From Candidatus Saccharicenans sp. (lineage in GTDB: Bacteria; Acidobacteriota; Aminicenantia; Aminicenantales; Saccharicenantaceae), in contig DAOLNQ010000010.1 of the NCBI GenBank assembly GCA_035416665.1, forward strand, positions 1,228 to 65,227: 64,000 nucleotides of DNA, written 5' to 3'. Shown here in pieces: positions 40,909-51,232 of this stretch (position 1 is the stretch's first letter; each line of letters begins with the position of its first letter). The notes below the pieces were generated by a model. The model was not told the origin of the DNA. It did not search any database and worked only from the letters and a program-made list of their open reading frames with translations. The position numbers and the translations under genes were made by a program.

Positions 40909-42365
40909 GCTTTTTTCTCCTCAATTAATTTTCTGGCCAGCTTAAGACCTTCAGCCCTGGTCTCAAAACGGTTATCCAGCTGATAACGATAGAGCTTCTT
41001 TAGCAGTTGCCCCATAGCCGGGCCAGGAGCTACTCCCAGCTTAATCAGATCTCGGCCCATAATCAAAGGTTTAATTGTTTCTTTATTGACCTTTAGCTCC
41101 TCAAATTTTTTAAATAGCCAGATAGCCTGTCGGTCCAGGCCGGTAACTGGCTTTCTTTTCCGACCGGCCCGATCGGCAGCGTCAAGATAGATTAAAAGAT
41201 CAATTTCGCCCTCGACGGCAGCAGCCAGCCGATTAAAAGCTTTTTTGGTGACGTTGGCTCGGTTCAGCCATAACTCGGAGGCCCGATGATGGTGACGGAT
41301 AATCATCGGAACGACAGAGCGGAGATCAAAACCATTCCAGGAAAAGATTTTTTGACGTGCAAAAAACTTTCTGGCGATTTTTTCACTCAGAATATCATGA
41401 CCATTGTTGGTGATGACCAGTCTGTCTTTCTTGTATTCCCAATCAGCTGTGGCTGGCTTACCGGCATCATGATAAAGAGCAGCCAGCAACAAAGCCAACT
41501 CTCTGGTTATTTCCAGCCCCTCGAGCCGGCTGATGATTTTAGCCTGATCAACTGACAGCAGCAGGTGAGCCCAGACCGTGTGGTGACCGGCTTCATCTTT
41601 TTCCGGGTGAAAATATGAATCCTGGATGGACAGGCTGCAGCGGTAAAGCTCAGGGAAAAGTTGTTTAAGGACGGTTAGCTTGAGCATTTCCTGCAAACCC
41701 CGACTCGGCCTCGGTGATTGAAGGAGTATTTTGAACAGCTCTTCATTAACCCTTTCGACACTCAGCCCACTTAAATCAATCTCTTTGGCTGCCAGATAGA
41801 TCTCGCGGTCAATGTCAAACTCGAGGACGGAGGCGAATCTGGCTGCTCTCAGCACCCGCAGTGGATCATCAGGGAAGGAGCCGGGATTGGTCAAGTGTAT
41901 AATTTTCCGCTCAAGGTCAGCCTGACCATTAAAAGGATCAATGACTTTCCCATCTGCCAATCGCAGGGCCAGACTGTTGCAGCGGAAATCCCGTCGTTCC
42001 AGATCTTTTTCAAGAGGTAGAAAGGGGTCAGCCTCAATGACGAAATCCTTATGACTGCGGCTTGTTTCCTGACTATCAGCCAGTGCCCGGTCTTTTCTGG
42101 GAAGAGCCACATCGTAAGTGCGGTCATCAACGGTAAACTTGATGACTCCAAAACTACGACCGACCAGGTCAACGCGACCATACGGTTTGAGCCTGTCAAT
42201 GATTTCTTCCAGAGGATGGCCCTGGATGAGCAGATCAACTTCCTGCGGAGAACGTCCCAGCAGTAAATCACGCACAAAACCGCCAACTGCATAGACGTCC
42301 TGGCCAAAAAGACGGACAAATAGTTCTCGATGCTCAAAGTCGGCTGGAAGAAACTTTTTCATCAA
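40905..42365 (-). CDS. cca: CCA-adding tRNA nucleotidyltransferase (PolyA_pol head + HD domain)
   Basis: 486 aa. VYAVGGFVRDLLLGR, RRDFRCNSLA and an HD region (ALYHDAGK). 4-nt overlap with galE. Confidence 0.85.
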   Translation of the reverse strand: MMKKFLPADFEHRELFVRLFGQDVYAVGGFVRDLLLGRSPQEVDLLIQGHPLEEIIDRLKPYGRVDLVGRSFGVIKFTVDDRTYDVALPRKDRALADSQETSRSHKDFVIEADPFLPLEKDLERRDFRCNSLALRLADGKVIDPFNGQADLERKIIHLTNPGSFPDDPLRVLRAARFASVLEFDIDREIYLAAKEIDLSGLSVERVNEELFKILLQSPRPSRGLQEMLKLTVLKQLFPELYRCSLSIQDSYFHPEKDEAGHHTVWAHLLLSVDQAKIISRLEGLEITRELALLLAALYHDAGKPATADWEYKKDRLVITNNGHDILSEKIARKFFARQKIFSWNGFDLRSVVPMIIRHHHRASELWLNRANVTKKAFNRLAAAVEGEIDLLIYLDAADRAGRKRKPVTGLDRQAIWLFKKFEELKVNKETIKPLIMGRDLIKLGVAPGPAMGQLLKKLYRYQLDNRFETRAEGLKLARKLIEEKKA

Positions 42366-42367
42366 AC

Positions 42368-45121
42368 CTATTTTACAGATTTTTTAGCTGTCTTGAAGAC
42401 CCGCAGGCCAATATAGTCAGGAGGTGGAACGGTATAATCGCCTTCTCTGGCTGCCCCGGCACGATGAACAGCACTCAGGCCTATAACACGACCCTGACCT
42501 TTATCATCAACTGCCCATTCAGCCACATTGCCCGTCAGTCCATAAATCAGGCTATCTCCAGCTGGCTGAAACCGGTCAACGGGAAGGAGCAACGGAGCTG
42601 GCCCCTTCAGATTGGAAATAGCAGTTTGAAGGGCCCTGCCGTCATCAAAATTAACCGGATAACCTGCCCAGTAATCCAGAATATTATCCTGATTGCCCTT
42701 AGCTTCAGCCATTAGCTTCTGAGCTTCAGTGACTGATGGCAGCCGATAATTGTCTCCGGTTAACTGGCTAAGCCAGCTAACATACTGCCTGGCTTCCTCA
42801 AGGGAGATGCCACTTACCGGATAATTTTCAGTTCCTGGCTGAAATTTATAATTGGGGCGAAAAGCCTGCCACTGAGCTCTGGTCACTTCAAACCGACCTA
42901 CCTGTAAATCCTCCCAGGAGACCGTTTCTGGAATCAGCTGCCCTTTGATTTTAAGCCCGTAGCTCCAGCCGGAACGCGCGTAAGATTGAGCCTTAAGAGA
43001 GAGGTCAAGAGGTGAAAGTTCTTTCAGTGCTTCATTTTTGGGTAAGAGACTTTTAAAAAAATGCCGATCAAACCAGGCCAGTTCCTCTTCCATTTTTCGT
43101 CGTTGATGAGAAAGTTTTCTCAGACCATGAGGTTCGCTGGGGAAAATAATGAATCTGACCGGCGCCTGACCCAGTTGCTGGAGAACCCGGTAATGCTCCA
43201 TTCCCTGGCCAAAGGGCACGTTGGTATCCTCTGTTCCATGGAAAATAATAGTTGGTACTTTCATATCTTTGAAATGAAAAAGGGGCGACAATTGCTGATA
43301 ATAATCAGGTCTTTCCCAGGGTGCACCGAGAAAATAGTAATTGTCGAAGCTGACTCCAAAGGCACAGGTTCCATAGTCGCTGATCCAATCAACATCGGCT
43401 GCTCCGATTCCACCAACTTTAAAACGATTTGTCCAGACGAGAAGAGCAATACTCAAAATCCCGCCGTTTGACCAGCCCATGGTCCCCAGCTGGTCCGGGT
43501 CGACCATTCCCCTGGAGATGAGATAATCAACGCCTTTGACCATATCTTCCAGAGGGTAATCATAATAATGACCTCTAATTGACTCGACAAATTTCTGGCC
43601 GTAGCCGTTTGAGCCATGGTAGTTAGGTTTGAGTACGAAGCAGCCTTTCTGAGCCAGAAGGTTGGGATAATAGGCATAAGATTCATCAAACTCATCCATA
43701 TCAATGCCGGTTGGACCGCCGTGAATATTCAAAAACAGAGGATATTTTTTGCCTGGTTGATAATCATGAGGATAATAAAGGAGTCCTTCTATCTCTTCAT
43801 CCAGCGAACCCTTCCATTTTATAACTTCTGTCCTGGCCATTTTTTTGCTTTTCAAATAGGGATTAAGCTCGACAAGCGGTCTGTCCACCACCAGCTTATT
43901 CTTTTCCAGGTGGCCAAAATACCATTCTCCCGGTCTGGAGGCGGTAGAATGATTGTAAACTATCCAATCGCCGTTTTCCTGGCCGGTTAAGCTATAGACA
44001 TTTGGATAATGCTCACCTTCAATCTCTTCAAAACTGAACTCTTCTGCCTGCCGGTAATATCTTCTCCACTTAGGCCTGGCCCCAGCCGCCAATGGAGCGA
44101 CAAATCCATCGTTTTTAACCAGTAAATATGGTTCCATTAACCCCGCTTCCCAGTTGAGATTGATTTCTCGATAGCCATTGGCTTTGAGATCATAATAATA
44201 AAGAAAATCAGCTCCAGCCGTCTCATTGACCGGATCACTGGTCTTCATTATCGAAAAATAAAATCCCTGGTTGTTTTTATCCCAGAAAATTCCATCGGGC
44301 TTGAAGAAATCTTCTGGAAAGATTTCCCGGCTGGTTTTGTCCTCAAGTTTAATCAGGAAAAATTTCGGTTTTATCTTCCTGTCATTGCTATAGCTCAGGC
44401 TCTGATTGTTACGGGTGATGACCAGTTTTCTGTCAGGCGATAGATAAAAATTGGTGATCTGGTCGCGGTTTTCAGTCAGCCGGTGCCATTTTTTTTCTTT
44501 AAGACAATAGATAAAGAGCCGTTGTGGAATCAGATGTTCCTGATCTTCGAAAATGATTGAATCGTCCTTCTTTTCCTTTTCTTTAATTTCTTTTAAGGTT
44601 TTGCTTTCGCGGGCCAGAATCAGGAGATGATGGTCATCGAGCCAGGCAAAATCGATCAGTCCAAACTCCAGGTCTGTAACCTTTACTGGCTCTCCGCCCC
44701 GGACATCGAGCAGCCATAACTGCTGACCGCTGGCTGCCCGGTCAGCTTCATCCTGGCTATCTTCCTTACGCCCGGAAAGAAAGGCTATTTGCTGCCCGGA
44801 AGGGGAAAAGCGTGGCCGGCTCTCAGAATTATGCCCCCTGGTCAGCTGAACAGGCTGATTGTCTTTCTGCTGCGCGGTCAAACTTAAAAAAAGATGCGAA
44901 ACACGGCTGTCCTTTTCTTGATCAGGCACATTTTTTACCCAGACAACCATCTGACCGTCAGGTGATAGGTTGAAATCAGCCGCCCTTTCCTGATTGACAA
45001 TGTCATCGATTGTCCAGAGAGTAGTGGTGGGCTTTTTTTCTTGCGATTGTAGAGAACAGGTTAGAACAAAAATGAAAACAAAGGTCAACAGGAGACAAGC
45101 CTTCCGGCGATTTATTTCCAT
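42368..45121 (-). CDS. secreted beta-propeller + S9 prolyl-oligopeptidase-family hydrolase fused to a C-terminal FGE-sulfatase (SUMF1-like) domain
   Basis: 917 aa with a signal peptide. TolB/DPP-IV-like N-terminal region, nucleophile elbow GWSNGG with HGTEDTNVP and EPHGL. The C-terminal ~180 aa (FEVTRAQWQAF...YPVSGISLEEARQYVSWL...GNVAEWAVD...GLRVFK) match the FGE-sulfatase fold. Confidence 0.75.
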   Translation of the reverse strand: MEINRRKACLLLTFVFIFVLTCSLQSQEKKPTTTLWTIDDIVNQERAADFNLSPDGQMVVWVKNVPDQEKDSRVSHLFLSLTAQQKDNQPVQLTRGHNSESRPRFSPSGQQIAFLSGRKEDSQDEADRAASGQQLWLLDVRGGEPVKVTDLEFGLIDFAWLDDHHLLILARESKTLKEIKEKEKKDDSIIFEDQEHLIPQRLFIYCLKEKKWHRLTENRDQITNFYLSPDRKLVITRNNQSLSYSNDRKIKPKFFLIKLEDKTSREIFPEDFFKPDGIFWDKNNQGFYFSIMKTSDPVNETAGADFLYYYDLKANGYREINLNWEAGLMEPYLLVKNDGFVAPLAAGARPKWRRYYRQAEEFSFEEIEGEHYPNVYSLTGQENGDWIVYNHSTASRPGEWYFGHLEKNKLVVDRPLVELNPYLKSKKMARTEVIKWKGSLDEEIEGLLYYPHDYQPGKKYPLFLNIHGGPTGIDMDEFDESYAYYPNLLAQKGCFVLKPNYHGSNGYGQKFVESIRGHYYDYPLEDMVKGVDYLISRGMVDPDQLGTMGWSNGGILSIALLVWTNRFKVGGIGAADVDWISDYGTCAFGVSFDNYYFLGAPWERPDYYQQLSPLFHFKDMKVPTIIFHGTEDTNVPFGQGMEHYRVLQQLGQAPVRFIIFPSEPHGLRKLSHQRRKMEEELAWFDRHFFKSLLPKNEALKELSPLDLSLKAQSYARSGWSYGLKIKGQLIPETVSWEDLQVGRFEVTRAQWQAFRPNYKFQPGTENYPVSGISLEEARQYVSWLSQLTGDNYRLPSVTEAQKLMAEAKGNQDNILDYWAGYPVNFDDGRALQTAISNLKGPAPLLLPVDRFQPAGDSLIYGLTGNVAEWAVDDKGQGRVIGLSAVHRAGAAREGDYTVPPPDYIGLRVFKTAKKSVK

Positions 45122-45262
45122 TGAACCTCCTCAGTGGTTAATTTCTTTTTATGAGTATATCTGATCAGCCGAAAATATCCAGAAGAATTTTGGTTGACTT
45201 GAAAGGAAGTAGCTTTTAGGGTATTTTTAGTTCCTTAATCTTAACCTTATGAATTCAGGACC

Positions 45263-46123
45263 ATGAATAACAAAAGAGCAAGGTGGTTGTGGCTGGCCTT
45301 AATGGCTATTCTGCCCCTGCTGATTATATCGGTTAAATTGTCTGTTTCTGCTGCCGCCAGAAACCTGACCATCAGCCTTCAGGACAAAAAAATATCCGAG
45401 CTCAAGCCTGAAGGGTTGACTCTATCATTTTACCCGGCTATCAAAAATAATTCTGATCGAAACTATGTCCTGGCTTCCTACTCCTATCGGGTACTGATCG
45501 ACAGCCAGAACTTTTTTGAACAGCAGGTTTCTCCCGATGAGCAGGTTACCATTCCAGCCAGACAGGTTATTGGCCTCCACTTCCCGGTTAAAATTAGCTA
45601 TCAATATCTGACGGCTGTGCTGCCAGAAGGACGAAAGCAGGCCAGCTGTTTGGTCACAGGCGATATGTACTTTCGAAGCGAAAAAAATAAGATGGAAAAG
45701 GTTCCCTTTACCTTTTCTATGGACTTTCCTATCTTCGAATTTCCTGAAATTACTTTCCTGCCACTGGCCGTTAAAGATTTGACTCTGGGTGGAGCCGAAT
45801 TCACCTTCAGTTTCCAGCTGAAAAATCCCAATCCCTATGATTTATTGATCAAAGACCTCCAGGTGAAATTGCATCTGGGCGACCGCCCCATTTATGAAGG
45901 ATCACTCCGGGGCGACAAGGCTCTGGAGCCGGGTGGAATTAGAACCTTTCAACTCCCGCTGATGCTCGATTTTTTTGAAATGGGCCGAGAACTCAGGGAT
46001 AATCTGGAGAAGGAACTGGTACCCTTTGTGCTAAAAGCTGATCTTGGGGCCGATTCCGCCTGGGGCTGGTTGGCTTTCAGTTTAGAAAAATCTGCTTCGG
46101 TCAAAAAAGAAAAGGTTCAATAA
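45263..46123 (+). CDS. secreted protein with two LEA14/WHy-like (LEA_2) domains
   Basis: 286 aa with a signal peptide. Two repeats of the beta-sandwich pattern (e.g. FSFQLKNPNPYDLLIKDLQVKLHLGDRPIYEG). Recognised by pattern only. Confidence 0.4.
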   Translation: MNNKRARWLWLALMAILPLLIISVKLSVSAAARNLTISLQDKKISELKPEGLTLSFYPAIKNNSDRNYVLASYSYRVLIDSQNFFEQQVSPDEQVTIPARQVIGLHFPVKISYQYLTAVLPEGRKQASCLVTGDMYFRSEKNKMEKVPFTFSMDFPIFEFPEITFLPLAVKDLTLGGAEFTFSFQLKNPNPYDLLIKDLQVKLHLGDRPIYEGSLRGDKALEPGGIRTFQLPLMLDFFEMGRELRDNLEKELVPFVLKADLGADSAWGWLAFSLEKSASVKKEKVQ

Positions 46124-46142
46124 GTCTGGCCGGTTGTGACCA

Positions 46143-46982
46143 ATGGTAAGTGCTATCATCGTCACCTATAATCGTTCTGAGTTTCTATCTGAAGCCATTG
46201 ATTCTGTTCTTGCTCAGACTTATTTCAAAAAGAATCCAGCAGAGTGGGAACTACTGATCATAGATGATGGTTCGACTGACGAGACCGGATCTCTGGTCAG
46301 TCGCTATCTCCAGGTTGTGCCCAATATTCGATATTATTGTGAACCTCACCGGGGGGTGAGTGCAGCCCGCAACCGGGGTCTGTCCGAAGCCCGGGGAGAT
46401 TTTATAGCCTTTCTTGATTCAGATGATCTGTGGTTGCCTTCCAAGATAGAAGTTCAGATGAGCTATCTGCGGGCCTTCCCCTCTGCTCCTTTTTGCCTGA
46501 CGGAAGAAATTTGGATAAGACAGGGCAAACGGGTCAATCAAGCCAGAAAGCATCAGAAGCCCTCAGGTTATATCCTGGAAAGAGCCTTATCGCTCTGTCT
46601 TTTAAGCCTGTCGTCTGCCTTGTTCCGGCGGCAACTGCTCGATGAGATTGGTTGGTTTGACGAGGCTCTTCCCGTCTGCGAGGACTATGATCTGGGCTTG
46701 AGAATTGCCCTGCGCTATCCCTATTATTACCTGTCGTCACCTCTTATTATCAAAAGGGGAGGGCATGCTGATCAGCTGTCCAGAAAATACTGGGGAAACG
46801 ACCGCTGGCGGGTGGTGGCTATGCTCAAGGCCCTGTCCACCGGTCCTGATGAGCCGACAGCTACCTTGATCAGAGAGGAAATTAAAAGAAAAGCTACCAT
46901 TCTGGCTAAAGGCTTTAGAAAAAGGGGTGAGCTTAGACAGGCTGAATATTATGAGAATATTATCAATTCCGTAACGATTTAA
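46143..46982 (+). CDS. family 2 glycosyltransferase
   Basis: 279 aa. VSAIIVTYNR, IIDDGSTD and FLDSDD. Confidence 0.85.
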   Translation: MVSAIIVTYNRSEFLSEAIDSVLAQTYFKKNPAEWELLIIDDGSTDETGSLVSRYLQVVPNIRYYCEPHRGVSAARNRGLSEARGDFIAFLDSDDLWLPSKIEVQMSYLRAFPSAPFCLTEEIWIRQGKRVNQARKHQKPSGYILERALSLCLLSLSSALFRRQLLDEIGWFDEALPVCEDYDLGLRIALRYPYYYLSSPLIIKRGGHADQLSRKYWGNDRWRVVAMLKALSTGPDEPTATLIREEIKRKATILAKGFRKRGELRQAEYYENIINSVTI

Positions 46983-47001
46983 TTTTTTACCCGATTAAAA
47001 A

Positions 47002-47040
47002 ATCTGCCGGGCCCGGTTTTTGTTCCGGAACCCGGCAGAT
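47002..47040 (-). terminator. intrinsic terminator downstream of the OMP gene (between convergent genes)
   Basis: 10-bp stem ATCTGCCGGG / CCCGGCAGAT. On the minus strand it is followed by TTTTTAATCGG. Confidence 0.6.
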
Positions 47041-47071
47041 AGATGGATAGTGGAAATGGAGAGCTTAATTA

Positions 47072-47842
47072 TTAAAACCAGTAATTTATTCCAGCGACCA
47101 GAGTATAACCACTCAGGTCGAAACTTTCAAAACCCTCAAAAGCGTCCTGGAATTCTGGCTTTAAGAATTGATAGCGGAAATTGAGATCGAGCGTAACCTG
47201 TCTACCCAGAGGAACCATTACTCCGGCAAAAACACTGGAACCAATTGAGATGCGTTTTGATTCACTGGCATAGGTATAATAAACTGGATAGATAGTTACC
47301 TCACCACCAAGTTGTTCATCTTCCAGGGAATAGGGATCAGAAAAGTCAATCATGTCACCGCTGAGCTTAACCGACCAGAAATAAACTCCTAAACCTCCAC
47401 CAAAATAGGGGACAAATCGGACCTGCCGGCCGAGAGGAGTAACTTTCAAAGATACCTGCAGCGGCGTTTGAGATACACTGAAAGAATGGATAATCATATC
47501 GCCATAAGGATAATATTCCACCGGCAGAGCAAAGTCGATGTCATCTATTGTATATAATGACCAATCCTCGTAAAAGCCAGCTTTATCCCGACTGTAAAAA
47601 TCTACCGAGAAGACCAGACTGAACTGACGGTTCAGAAAAAGCTCATAAGCCAAGCCCAGCATGCCTGTTTGATAATCTGACTTCTTAAGTGTCATATTGT
47701 CAAATTCAATCTTCCAGAGGCTGTCTTCTCCGCCGCTTGTTCTGGGAACAAAATAACCATAGCGGAAAGTAAAGATATCAGCCGAAGCTACAACTGGAAG
47801 GAGCATCAAGGTGATTAAGACGATGATCAGTTTCTTTTTCAT
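47072..47842 (-). CDS. outer-membrane beta-barrel protein
   Basis: 256 aa with a signal peptide (LPVVASA). Alternating amphipathic strands and a C-terminal ...GINYWF. Confidence 0.65.
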   Translation of the reverse strand: MKKKLIIVLITLMLLPVVASADIFTFRYGYFVPRTSGGEDSLWKIEFDNMTLKKSDYQTGMLGLAYELFLNRQFSLVFSVDFYSRDKAGFYEDWSLYTIDDIDFALPVEYYPYGDMIIHSFSVSQTPLQVSLKVTPLGRQVRFVPYFGGGLGVYFWSVKLSGDMIDFSDPYSLEDEQLGGEVTIYPVYYTYASESKRISIGSSVFAGVMVPLGRQVTLDLNFRYQFLKPEFQDAFEGFESFDLSGYTLVAGINYWF

Positions 47843-47991
47843 TTTTACCTCCTCACCCGACTATTATAGCAAATTTTGTGCCAGCCCAGATACCTGTTAT
47901 TCCCTGCCTGATTGTTCTGTTTTGGCGACAGCTGTCCCATTTTCAGGCTTGTCAGCAGGTTAAACTTGGACTATTTTAAGAAACAGAGATT

Positions 47992-48663
47992 ATGGCTGGC
48001 CCTTGGGGTCGAAGTGAGGTGATTGGCGTGGCCAGAATATTCAGACTGATTGAGTCAAGACTCAAAGACGAAGAAGAGGAACTGTTGGCTGCCATTTTAA
48101 ACCAGGGGGAGATCCTCATTTTTCCCACCGAAACTTTTTATGGGCTGGGGGGACTGGCTACCTTTCCAGCTGTGCATCAAAAAATTTTTGAGCTCAAGGG
48201 TCGTCAAGCCGACAAGCGATTGCCTTTCTGCGCTTCAGATCTTGATATGGTTCTTCAATTCATAGAGGAGCCCTCTGACCTGTTTTTTCGGCTGGCCAGA
48301 GCCTTCTGGCCCGGGCCGCTGACTCTCGTCCTGCGAGTCAGGGAAGGCCTGTTGCCAGGGCACCAAAAGACACTGGCTGTTCGCGTCCCTTCTCCGGACT
48401 GGCTGAGGCAGCTTATTAAAAAAGCCGGTTCTCTTCTGATTTCAACCAGTGCTAACCTTAGTGGCCAACCGCCACTTTCAGCCTTTGATGATGTTTACCG
48501 GCTTTTTGCCGATCGGGTTGAGTTTTTTATTGACGGTGGGAAAACAACAGGGGACCTGCCTTCAACAATCGTCGATTTAACCGGGTCAAAAGCCATTTGC
48601 CTCAGAGAGGGAAAAATTCCTCTGGCCGAACTGTCACCATTCCTATCTGAAGGTAAACTATAG
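47992..48663 (+). CDS. tsaC: L-threonylcarbamoyladenylate synthase (YrdC/TsaC family)
   Basis: 223 aa. ILIFPTETFYGLGG, WPGPLTLVL and SANLSG. The true start may be the internal GTG (MARIFRL). Confidence 0.85.
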   Translation: MAGPWGRSEVIGVARIFRLIESRLKDEEEELLAAILNQGEILIFPTETFYGLGGLATFPAVHQKIFELKGRQADKRLPFCASDLDMVLQFIEEPSDLFFRLARAFWPGPLTLVLRVREGLLPGHQKTLAVRVPSPDWLRQLIKKAGSLLISTSANLSGQPPLSAFDDVYRLFADRVEFFIDGGKTTGDLPSTIVDLTGSKAICLREGKIPLAELSPFLSEGKL

Positions 48664-48675
48664 GCTAATTCTGAT

Positions 48676-50631
48676 CTATTTGACTTTGGTCCCGGGTGGA
48701 ATCTCCCGGTCAAAAAACGGGATGATGGCTCGGCCGTCAACCTCAGCCGCCAGCAGCATTCCCTGAGATTCAATTCCTCTGATAACGGCCGGTTGTAGAT
48801 TGGCAATAACGATAAATTCTTTGTTCAACAAATCTTCTGGTGAATAGGTTTCTGCCACTCCAGCGATGATCTGCCTCTGTTCAGTTCCAAGGTCAATCTG
48901 CAGCTTTAAGAGCTTTTTGGTTCCCTCTACTCTTTCGGCAGCTATAACTCTGGCTACCCTCAAATCCATCTTTTTAAATTCGTCATAGGTTATATAGTCC
49001 ATCTTTTTCTCCTTGGATTCTTTCTCTCCGCTGGCCGGTGGCTCTTTTTTAGAGCTGTCGCTTTCTCTCATAAATTCTTCCAGATCAATTCTGGGGAAAA
49101 TGGCTTTAGCCCGGTTGATCCGGCGAACAGGTTGAAAATCATAAAATTTGAAGTCTGAGGTCAGCAATGCGGCCGGCTTTCTGTCCTCACCCAGCAATTC
49201 CCAGATTTTTTCAGAAGTCTGAGGCATAACCGGATAAAGGAGGTAGCTGGCCCCTCTGATCGAGCAAATAGCCTGAAAAATGACCCTGGCCAGCCTGTCC
49301 CTTTTTCCCGGTTGCCCGGCCAGTTTCCAGGGTTCGTTATCGGCCAGATATTTATTGACGATATTGAGGAAGAACCAGACTTCCTCCAGAGCCCGGTTCA
49401 GAGCATGGTCATCATAGAGGTCATAGACCTTATTTTTAGTATCTTCAAACTGCCTGGCCAGTTCCTGGTCGGCCTCGGTTTCTTCGCCCAGAGAAGGTAG
49501 GTGCCCATCAAAATAGTTGACCGCCATGGTCAAAGTTCTCTGAACGAGATTGCCCAGATCATTAGCCAGATCTGAATTTATCCGGTGGATAAAACCCTGA
49601 TAAGAGAAGCTGCCATCCAGTCCGATAGGGATTTCCCTCAACAGAAAGTACCTGAGAGCATCGGGGCCAACTTTATTCAGGATAAAATAAGGGTCAAGAA
49701 CATTGCCTCTGGATTTAGACATCTTAGCTTCATCTTTGAGCCACCAGCCATGGCTGAAAACTGTTGCTGGCAGTTCAAAGCCAGCTGCCATCAAAAAAGC
49801 CGGCCAGAAGATAGCGTGAAAACGCAGAATATCTTTGCCAATCAGGTGAACGTCAGCTGGCCAGAATGTGTTAAAAAGTTCTGGATTCCAGTCATAGCCA
49901 ATAGCGGTTACATAATTATGAAGAGCATCAAACCAGACATAAATGGTATGCTTTGGATCACCCGGAACCGGTATGCCCCAGCTGACCGAGGTTCTGGTAA
50001 TACTCAAGTCTTTCAACCCCTGGCGGACAAAGCTAACCACCTCATTCATCCGGCTGGCCGGACGAACAAAATGTGGATGTGACTGATAAAAATCCAGCAG
50101 AGACTGCTGATAAGCTGATAGACGGAAAAAATAGCTTTCTTCCTCTAAAAGAACAGCCTTTCGCCCGCAATCGGGACAGATTTTATATCCCTCTGCTTCC
50201 AGCGGAACATCTTCGGAGAGAAAGTTTTCTTCCGACACACAATACCAGCCCTGATAAGTACCTTTATAGATATCTCCTTTATCGAGCAACTTCTTAAATA
50301 TTTTCTGGACTCCCTGCTCATGAAATTTTTCCGTTGTCCGGATGAAATAATCATAAGAAATATTCAGCCTTTGCCACAGGTCTTTAAAACGAACCACCAC
50401 TTGATCAGCCAGTTGTTGAGGAGACAGGCCTTTTTCGGCCGCGCTCTTTTCTATTTTCTGCCCGTGCTCGTCGGTGCCGGTCAGGAAAAAGACTTTTTTC
50501 CCCTTCAGCCGCTGATAACGGGCCAGGGCATCGGCAATGATGGTCGTATAGGCATGGCCAATGTGTGGCACATCATTAACATAATAAATTGGAGTCGTAA
50601 CATAAAATGTATTTTTAGCTTTCTCTTCCAC
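48676..50631 (-). CDS. metG: methionine--tRNA ligase with C-terminal tRNA-binding (Trbp111-like) domain
   Basis: 651 aa. HIGHAYT (HIGH), KMSKS and a zinc knuckle CPDCG. Confidence 0.95.
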   Translation of the reverse strand: MEEKAKNTFYVTTPIYYVNDVPHIGHAYTTIIADALARYQRLKGKKVFFLTGTDEHGQKIEKSAAEKGLSPQQLADQVVVRFKDLWQRLNISYDYFIRTTEKFHEQGVQKIFKKLLDKGDIYKGTYQGWYCVSEENFLSEDVPLEAEGYKICPDCGRKAVLLEEESYFFRLSAYQQSLLDFYQSHPHFVRPASRMNEVVSFVRQGLKDLSITRTSVSWGIPVPGDPKHTIYVWFDALHNYVTAIGYDWNPELFNTFWPADVHLIGKDILRFHAIFWPAFLMAAGFELPATVFSHGWWLKDEAKMSKSRGNVLDPYFILNKVGPDALRYFLLREIPIGLDGSFSYQGFIHRINSDLANDLGNLVQRTLTMAVNYFDGHLPSLGEETEADQELARQFEDTKNKVYDLYDDHALNRALEEVWFFLNIVNKYLADNEPWKLAGQPGKRDRLARVIFQAICSIRGASYLLYPVMPQTSEKIWELLGEDRKPAALLTSDFKFYDFQPVRRINRAKAIFPRIDLEEFMRESDSSKKEPPASGEKESKEKKMDYITYDEFKKMDLRVARVIAAERVEGTKKLLKLQIDLGTEQRQIIAGVAETYSPEDLLNKEFIVIANLQPAVIRGIESQGMLLAAEVDGRAIIPFFDREIPPGTKVK

Positions 50632-51232
50632 CTGGCAGTCCTCCTCTGATGAGCATCATGGCTTCTGTCCGGGTAGCTGGATTGTTACGGAATGAACCGC
50701 GGACAGCAGAAGTCACGGTTATGGCTTTGGGCTTTTTAACGCCTCTCATTGACATACAAAGATGTTCGGCTTCAATGACCACCATTACTCCCAATGGGTT
50801 AAGGATGGCATTCAGGGTGTCGGCGATTTGTTTGGTCAGTCTTTCCTGCACCTGAAGTCTTCTGGCCAGGGTATCAACCAGCCGGGCAATTTTGCTCAGT
50901 CCGACAATTCTTCCTTCCTTTGGAATGTAAGCGACATGAGCCACGCCGGCAAAAGGCAGAAGATGGTGCTCGCATACCGAGTAGAGGGGAATATTCCTGA
51001 TGAGGACCATTTCATCATGCCTTTCATCCTGGAAAACTTCCAGATCTTCGGCTGGATCAATTTTAATTCCGCCGAGAATATCATCAAGCATCCTGGCCAC
51101 CCGGCCGGGGGTTCCTCGCAAACCCGGTCGGTCAGGGTCTTCACCAATCCCTTCGAGCAAATGGTAAACCGCTTCTTCTATTTTTTTTTGATCCATACTT
51201 TTTGCCGATTTATTTGTTTTGCTGGCTGTCAT
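50615..51232 (-). CDS. folE: GTP cyclohydrolase I
   Basis: 205 aa. CEHHLLPF and MCMSMRG-type motifs. Its 3' end overlaps metG by 17 nt. Confidence 0.92.
   Translation of the reverse strand: MTASKTNKSAKSMDQKKIEEAVYHLLEGIGEDPDRPGLRGTPGRVARMLDDILGGIKIDPAEDLEVFQDERHDEMVLIRNIPLYSVCEHHLLPFAGVAHVAYIPKEGRIVGLSKIARLVDTLARRLQVQERLTKQIADTLNAILNPLGVMVVIEAEHLCMSMRGVKKPKAITVTSAVRGSFRNNPATRTEAMMLIRGGLPGGRES

Noticed and set aside
47927-47936. 10-bp perfect palindrome GACAGCTGTC in the OMP/tsaC divergent intergenic region
   Set aside because: It is a single short palindrome with no repeat partner or recognisable binding motif. Possibly a regulator site, but unsupported.
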